Positions 59,135 to 64,000 of a stretch of 64,000 bases of DNA are shown piece after piece; the first letter of the stretch is position 1, and every line of letters starts with the position of its first letter. The stretch lies in the NCBI GenBank assembly GCA_041667145.1, contig JBAYFP010000001.1:121056-185055 (forward strand), read 5' to 3'. A program made the position numbers and the translations under genes. A model generated the notes under the pieces. It did no database searches. It saw only the letters and a list, made by a program, of their open reading frames with translations, and was not told the DNA's origin. This DNA is from Minisyncoccota bacterium (GTDB taxonomy: Bacteria > Patescibacteriota > Minisyncoccia > Phycocordibacterales > UBA9973).

Positions 59135-60265
59135 CTATTTCTCATGACTCAAAGCTATGTCTACTAACTCGCGAGCTACTTTGTAGGCAGCATCGGGTTT
59201 ATTAAAGGCTTTTGCATTTTTTGCCATTTCATCCCAGACTTCTTTATTGTCGACTATTCTTTCTATTTCTGAACATAAAATATTAGCAGTCATATTTGCC
59301 TCTTCTATGACATTACAAGCCCCAAAATGTGCATAACCAAAAGCATTCTTCCTTTGATGATCACCATTGCTCGTCGTTATAGGAATAATAATAGAAGGAA
59401 TCCCCCATGATGCTATTTCAAATATACTTGATCCAGCTCGAGAAACGATGATAGTCGCTGCTCCAGCAGACATCTTTTGTTGAAGAGGATTTAAATAATC
59501 AAAAGGCATGTATCTATTTTTTTCAGGAATAGAAGCGAGTACGACTTCCGCCCTATTAAAAACATTTTTAAAATTATTTACACCAGTCTGATGTATAACT
59601 TGAAAATTCTTCACAAGTCTTGGCAAGGCATCGAGTATCGTATTATTAATAATCTCTGCACCCTGTGAACCTCCTAAAATCAAAACAACTGGTAAATTAC
59701 TTTCTAATTTAAAATATTGAAGTGCTTCGTTGCGTGGAGCAGAGTGTTCTATCTCAGCGCGCAGTGGTAAGCCAGTCCATGCAGTATTATTTTTAGGAAA
59801 ATAATCTACAGATTCTTTAAAGGCGACAGCTATCCTTTTAGCAAAATGTCCTGCCCATTTGTTTACTCTACCGGGAACAGAATCAGATTCGTGGATTACT
59901 ATGGGAATCCGTAAAATCCTCGCAGCTAAAATTGTCGGAAATGATGCATATCCACCTTTACCAAAAACAACATCAGGATAAATAGAAAATACTTTATATA
60001 TCGCATTGATAACACCAAAAAACATTTTGAAAAGATCAGTGAAATTTTTAAAAGAAAAATATGTACGCATTTTCCCAGTTTTTACCTCTTCATACAAAAG
60101 TCCATTTTCAAAAAGCATTTCTTTATCGTAAGGAGAATCAGAAATATAATAGAGTTTAGCTCCTAATATTTTTTCTTCATCTATTATCTTGTTGACCTTT
60201 TGAGCAACAGCGATGATTGGACAAAAATGTCCTCCCGTCCCTCCTCCTGTAAATATAATTTTCAT
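59135..60265 (-). CDS. murG: Lipid II N-acetylglucosaminyltransferase
   Basis: GGGTGGH, GKGGY, GGSQGA, HQRKNA. Confidence 0.96.
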   Translation of the reverse strand: MKIIFTGGGTGGHFCPIIAVAQKVNKIIDEEKILGAKLYYISDSPYDKEMLFENGLLYEEVKTGKMRTYFSFKNFTDLFKMFFGVINAIYKVFSIYPDVVFGKGGYASFPTILAARILRIPIVIHESDSVPGRVNKWAGHFAKRIAVAFKESVDYFPKNNTAWTGLPLRAEIEHSAPRNEALQYFKLESNLPVVLILGGSQGAEIINNTILDALPRLVKNFQVIHQTGVNNFKNVFNRAEVVLASIPEKNRYMPFDYLNPLQQKMSAGAATIIVSRAGSSIFEIASWGIPSIIIPITTSNGDHQRKNAFGYAHFGACNVIEEANMTANILCSEIERIVDNKEVWDEMAKNAKAFNKPDAAYKVARELVDIALSHEK

Positions 60266-60268
60266 AAA

Positions 60269-61372
60269 TTAATTATTTTTATGCTGATATTTTGATATTT
60301 GAAAAACTATTCCTACTGCAATAAGCTCTATCATGAGTGAAGTCCCTCCATGGCTTATAAAAGGAAGTGGCACACCAGTCAAAGGAAAAACTCCAGTAGT
60401 AGACGCAATATTCATAAATGATTGCGCTGCTATCAGTATAACAATTCCGGAAACTAAAAGTCTACTAAACAAATCTGGAGAATTATTGGCAATACGAAGC
60501 CCTCGCAGAACAAATAACAAAAATAAAATTATTATAGCTACACTACCCACAAAACCAAGCTCTTCCCCTATCACAGCAAAGATAGAGTCTCCTTGTGGCT
60601 CTGGTAAATAACTAAATTTCTGAATACTTTGACCATATCCTCTACCGAAAACCCCACCCGAGCCTATAGCTATGAGTGATTGTTGAATTTGATAAGAAGA
60701 TCCCTGTGGGTCTTGAGATGGATCAATAAAAGTCTTTATTCGACTCTGAAGGTACGGAGTAAAAAAGACAAGAGACCCAAGAACAACTATCGAGCCTACG
60801 CCTATCAAAGAAATCCATTTCATGGATACACCAGAAATAAAAAGCATACAAATTCCTGTCACCGCTATCAAAATGAAACTTTTTGTATCTGGCTGATTAA
60901 ATAATATAAAAGCAATAATAGCGAGTAATATTCCAAGAGGAAGAATACCAAATTTAAAATCTTGAACTCTATTTTTTGCCCAAGAAAGCCATGCAGCAAA
61001 ATAAATTATGAATCCAAATTTTAGAAATTCCACTGGTTGAAATCGTAGTGGTCCGATCTGGAGCCATCTCTCTGCCCCTAAGTGAGTCCACCCGAGACTA
61101 GGAATAAACACCGCAGCGGTTAAAAGTATTGAACCTAAAAAAATATAAAATGAATAATTGCGCCAAAACTTGTAATCAATTTTTAATGCTAAATATAACC
61201 CTATAAAACCACACCCAAAACCAAGAACAAGCTGGCTAAATAAAACTGAATAAAATGTCCCAGCACTTTTAGCTAAGATACCTAAAGATGCCGAAATAAA
61301 CATAGCTACTCCAATAAAAATTAAAAGAAAAACTATTATTAGAAAAAATCTATCAATTTTTTTATCTCGCAT
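60269..61372 (-). CDS. ftsW: SEDS glycosyltransferase FtsW
   Basis: QPVEFLK, QPD, LPEPQGDSIF, PLTGVPLPFISHGG. Confidence 0.93.
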   Translation of the reverse strand: MRDKKIDRFFLIIVFLLIFIGVAMFISASLGILAKSAGTFYSVLFSQLVLGFGCGFIGLYLALKIDYKFWRNYSFYIFLGSILLTAAVFIPSLGWTHLGAERWLQIGPLRFQPVEFLKFGFIIYFAAWLSWAKNRVQDFKFGILPLGILLAIIAFILFNQPDTKSFILIAVTGICMLFISGVSMKWISLIGVGSIVVLGSLVFFTPYLQSRIKTFIDPSQDPQGSSYQIQQSLIAIGSGGVFGRGYGQSIQKFSYLPEPQGDSIFAVIGEELGFVGSVAIIILFLLFVLRGLRIANNSPDLFSRLLVSGIVILIAAQSFMNIASTTGVFPLTGVPLPFISHGGTSLMIELIAVGIVFQISKYQHKNN

Positions 61373-61378
61373 AATATT

Positions 61379-62431
61379 CTAACGACTAATGATAGCTAAA
61401 ATTATTCCTATAATAGAAAAAGCTACAGAAAAAATCCAAAAACGCATCGTCACTTTATAAGACGGCCAACCAAGTGCTTCGAAATGATGATGAATAGGAG
61501 AAAGCTTAAATATTTTCTTTCCACCTCTAAACTTTTTTGAAAACATTTGCAAAATAACAGAACCAGAGGAAACAACGAGAGGCATAGCAACAATGGGTAA
61601 AATCAAAACAGTGTCAGTCAAGAATGCGAGAGTTGCTAGTGTAATAGTGAGCCCTATTATCCCCGTCTCCCCCATATAAAATCTTGCCGGCGGAATATTA
61701 AACCATAAGAACGCTAAAATAGCTCCTGTGGTAACTGCTGAAAATGTAGCTATGTCTATTTGATTATTAGTAAACGCAATCACAGAATATGCAGCAAAAA
61801 TAGAAGCCAATACTCCTCCAGAAAGCCCATCGATTCCATCTATTACTCCTCCTGAAAAAGTTGCAAGTGCTACTATAATAAAAAATGGAATAATTAAGAT
61901 ACCTAAATATAATTCTCCATTAAATGGTATATGAATAGCCACCATCCCAAGTTTATAATAAAACCAAAGTCCGATTAAAAATGAAATAATAATTACCAGT
62001 AATGCTTTCCACATACGCCAAGATTTATCATCATAAGCTATTTTCCCTTTTCCATATATTTGTACTAAATCATCCCAAAGCCCAAGGAATGATCCAAAAA
62101 GTAAAACTAGAAGCGGAATCAAGGTCTGATTTTTACTTAAGAAATTTATCTTCTCAGTCACTTCTCCAGGGAAAAATATTGATATTAAATAAAAAATTAA
62201 GGTAGAAAGAATTATAGATACCCATATAATAATCCCTCCAACACGAGGAGTTCTCAATTCTTCTTCCCCATTGTGAATTTTTTGAAAATCTTTACAAGTA
62301 ACTTCACTACGCGAAGATTTCCTCCACATCTTATATTTATAGAAAAAATGTGTTGCAAGTGGTGTAATAAAAAGCCCTATAAGCAGAGCCGTCATCATCG
62401 GTAGAAAAATCTTAACCATATTCAAAAGCAT
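61379..62431 (-). CDS. mraY: Phospho-MurNAc-pentapeptide transferase
   Basis: TPRVGG, WDD, DGIDGL, FYMGETG, PIHHHFE. Confidence 0.95.
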   Translation of the reverse strand: MLLNMVKIFLPMMTALLIGLFITPLATHFFYKYKMWRKSSRSEVTCKDFQKIHNGEEELRTPRVGGIIIWVSIILSTLIFYLISIFFPGEVTEKINFLSKNQTLIPLLVLLFGSFLGLWDDLVQIYGKGKIAYDDKSWRMWKALLVIIISFLIGLWFYYKLGMVAIHIPFNGELYLGILIIPFFIIVALATFSGGVIDGIDGLSGGVLASIFAAYSVIAFTNNQIDIATFSAVTTGAILAFLWFNIPPARFYMGETGIIGLTITLATLAFLTDTVLILPIVAMPLVVSSGSVILQMFSKKFRGGKKIFKLSPIHHHFEALGWPSYKVTMRFWIFSVAFSIIGIILAIISR

Positions 62432-62470
62432 ATGTAGATTATATCAAATATAATGGATTTTTCCCAGACC

Positions 62471-62515
62471 TACCTAGACGTTGTACGTCTTCCTGAGACG
62501 TCCAACGTCTAGGTA
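62471..62515. repeat. Family B single hairpin
   Basis: TACCTAGACGTTGTACGTCT-TCCTG-AGACGTCCAACGTCTAGGTA; core equals the second half of 10680-10765. Confidence 0.92.
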
Positions 62516-62516
62516 T

Positions 62517-64000
62517 CTATGATACTTCTGCTTGATAACACTCTTTACAATAAATAATTTCTGGTCTATCTGGGGAATACGAGGTCTTAAATTCAACAGC
62601 ACATTCACCATTACCATGGGAATGAACTGCTGTATTTTCATACAACCCATTTCTTGATTTGTTACCAATACAATCACATTTACGACTCCATAACTGCACC
62701 GGATTACGTTCTTCTAATCTTATATGATAACGACAATTAGGACAAAATCTTGGAAGTGGTAAATTCATTTGTTTATAAAATTGAATTTCTTTAGGAATTA
62801 TTCTGAATACTTCAGTACATTGATGATTACATTCTCCTTTATGCCCACATTCAATAACATCCTCAGTTATAGTTTCTTCTACCTCATTAATATGATCAGG
62901 CAAATCCGCTGTATATTTTGTGATTTTATAATTTCTTGTTTCAGAGTCTTTCCAAGAATAACCTTTTTTTACAGCATCTTCTTTGTGAAGTGGAAAATGA
63001 TCCTGAGCTATACTTTCATTATAAGCAAAAGGAGAAATTTCGGGTGGAAAAAATTCACCATATTTATAAATACGTCCCTTTTTATCTTTAAACGGTAATG
63101 CATCCATCTGTTCAATAATCTTAGATTTCAAAATCTCATATTCTTCTTTTGAGTAACTCTTGTTTAAAATGCAATATTTTTTATCCTTTAAACAAACTGA
63201 CCCAAAAATATCTGAAGAAGATACACATAAATCCGAATAAGTGACATTATTTGTATACCAACAGGTAGTAGAAAAAAGTTTAAGAAAATTTTGTTCAATA
63301 TTTGCACTTTCATATATCAGTTCAGCATTATCAGCAAAATTAAAATCGTGACTATCCTTTACGTTCGAACAAAAATATGCATATTTTAGATTCTCCGAAT
63401 TTCTTACATAAAAACTATTATGGCAATTCCTTGTTTCAAACAACTCGTTACCGTCTGAATTTATACAAAGGACATTGTTGGCAAAACGATGTGGTACTCT
63501 AGTGTATAGATCTAAGAAATTTTCCTTGAGTTTTTTTAATTCAGGATAAGAACCAATTTTTTCTTTAAGAGAAACAAATTCTTCTTTAGATATTTTTTTA
63601 TTAAGCAAAAAATTACTTTTATTAAAAAGATTAATACATCCTAAACATTCTAATACATTTTTACAATTTTTTATGTATACACTATCTATCGAATTCATAG
63701 AGTTATCAGCAAAACCAACCCTATAATTTTTTGTACCTTGATTGGTTTCATAACAAAATTCTGAATCAACTACTCCAAAACAATCAAAAGACTCTTTAGT
63801 ACGAAAAGTGCGATCACAATATGCACAATTTTCACAGGTATCTGAACAATTGACTAAATAACAATTCTTATGATTAGCAGAATAATTCACATAAGGTGAA
63901 TTTACATTATTATTACCTATTAATGCTGGCCTAGGGACTGTTTCTAAAAGTTTTTTAAATTGTGAAAAAAATGGTACAGAAAAATCAAAATCTAAACCAT
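62517..64000 (-). CDS. Cys-rich multi-zinc-ribbon protein, paralog of 8964-10679, 5'-truncated by window edge
   Basis: Frame open to the edge (GLDFDFSVPFFSQFKKL); shares YCILNK.Y.KEEYE, GEFFP, AYNES.AQ, CPNCR, PDRPE.IYC..CYQ.EV. Confidence 0.9.
   Translation of the reverse strand, partial: GLDFDFSVPFFSQFKKLLETVPRPALIGNNNVNSPYVNYSANHKNCYLVNCSDTCENCAYCDRTFRTKESFDCFGVVDSEFCYETNQGTKNYRVGFADNSMNSIDSVYIKNCKNVLECLGCINLFNKSNFLLNKKISKEEFVSLKEKIGSYPELKKLKENFLDLYTRVPHRFANNVLCINSDGNELFETRNCHNSFYVRNSENLKYAYFCSNVKDSHDFNFADNAELIYESANIEQNFLKLFSTTCWYTNNVTYSDLCVSSSDIFGSVCLKDKKYCILNKSYSKEEYEILKSKIIEQMDALPFKDKKGRIYKYGEFFPPEISPFAYNESIAQDHFPLHKEDAVKKGYSWKDSETRNYKITKYTADLPDHINEVEETITEDVIECGHKGECNHQCTEVFRIIPKEIQFYKQMNLPLPRFCPNCRYHIRLEERNPVQLWSRKCDCIGNKSRNGLYENTAVHSHGNGECAVEFKTSYSPDRPEIIYCKECYQAEVS

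Noticed and set aside
8964-64000. Diversity-generating retroelement acting on the zinc-ribbon paralogs
   Set aside because: No reverse transcriptase and no TR/VR pair differing only at adenines is visible in the window

Overview
AT-rich bacterial chromosomal segment whose gene content and style point to a Patescibacteria/CPR genome, most likely Parcubacteria (inference; genetic code 11, since TGA ends several genes). It is mostly housekeeping: atpGDC, rsmI, priA, mreB, holB, frr, rseP, ddl-alr, rpmG, miaA, murA, parB, rel, topA, dprA, serS, dus, dnaX, mrdA, ctpA, rplI, rpmA, gltX, murG-ftsW-mraY, plus tRNA-Trp(CCA), tRNA-Leu(CAA) and tRNA-Gln(TTG). Accessory blocks are a 2956-aa surface protein with a response regulator and ABC exporter, a MazG/NUDIX/HD cluster beside tRNA-Gln, and a MacAB-like exporter. 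Three signals stand out. (1) At least five families of small GC-rich palindromic elements occur both between genes and inserted in frame in seven core genes, nine coding insertions in all. (2) Two distant paralogs of a Cys-rich zinc-ribbon protein both have stop codons abutting the same REP-like element. (3) About 19 genes have a -10 box exactly 6 nt before the start codon, suggesting widespread leaderless mRNA. There is also an in-frame TGA in one zinc-ribbon paralog and a frameshift at an A9 run in an HD-domain gene. Coordinates were counted by eye and may be off by a few bases. No database searches were run, so family calls come from recognised motifs.
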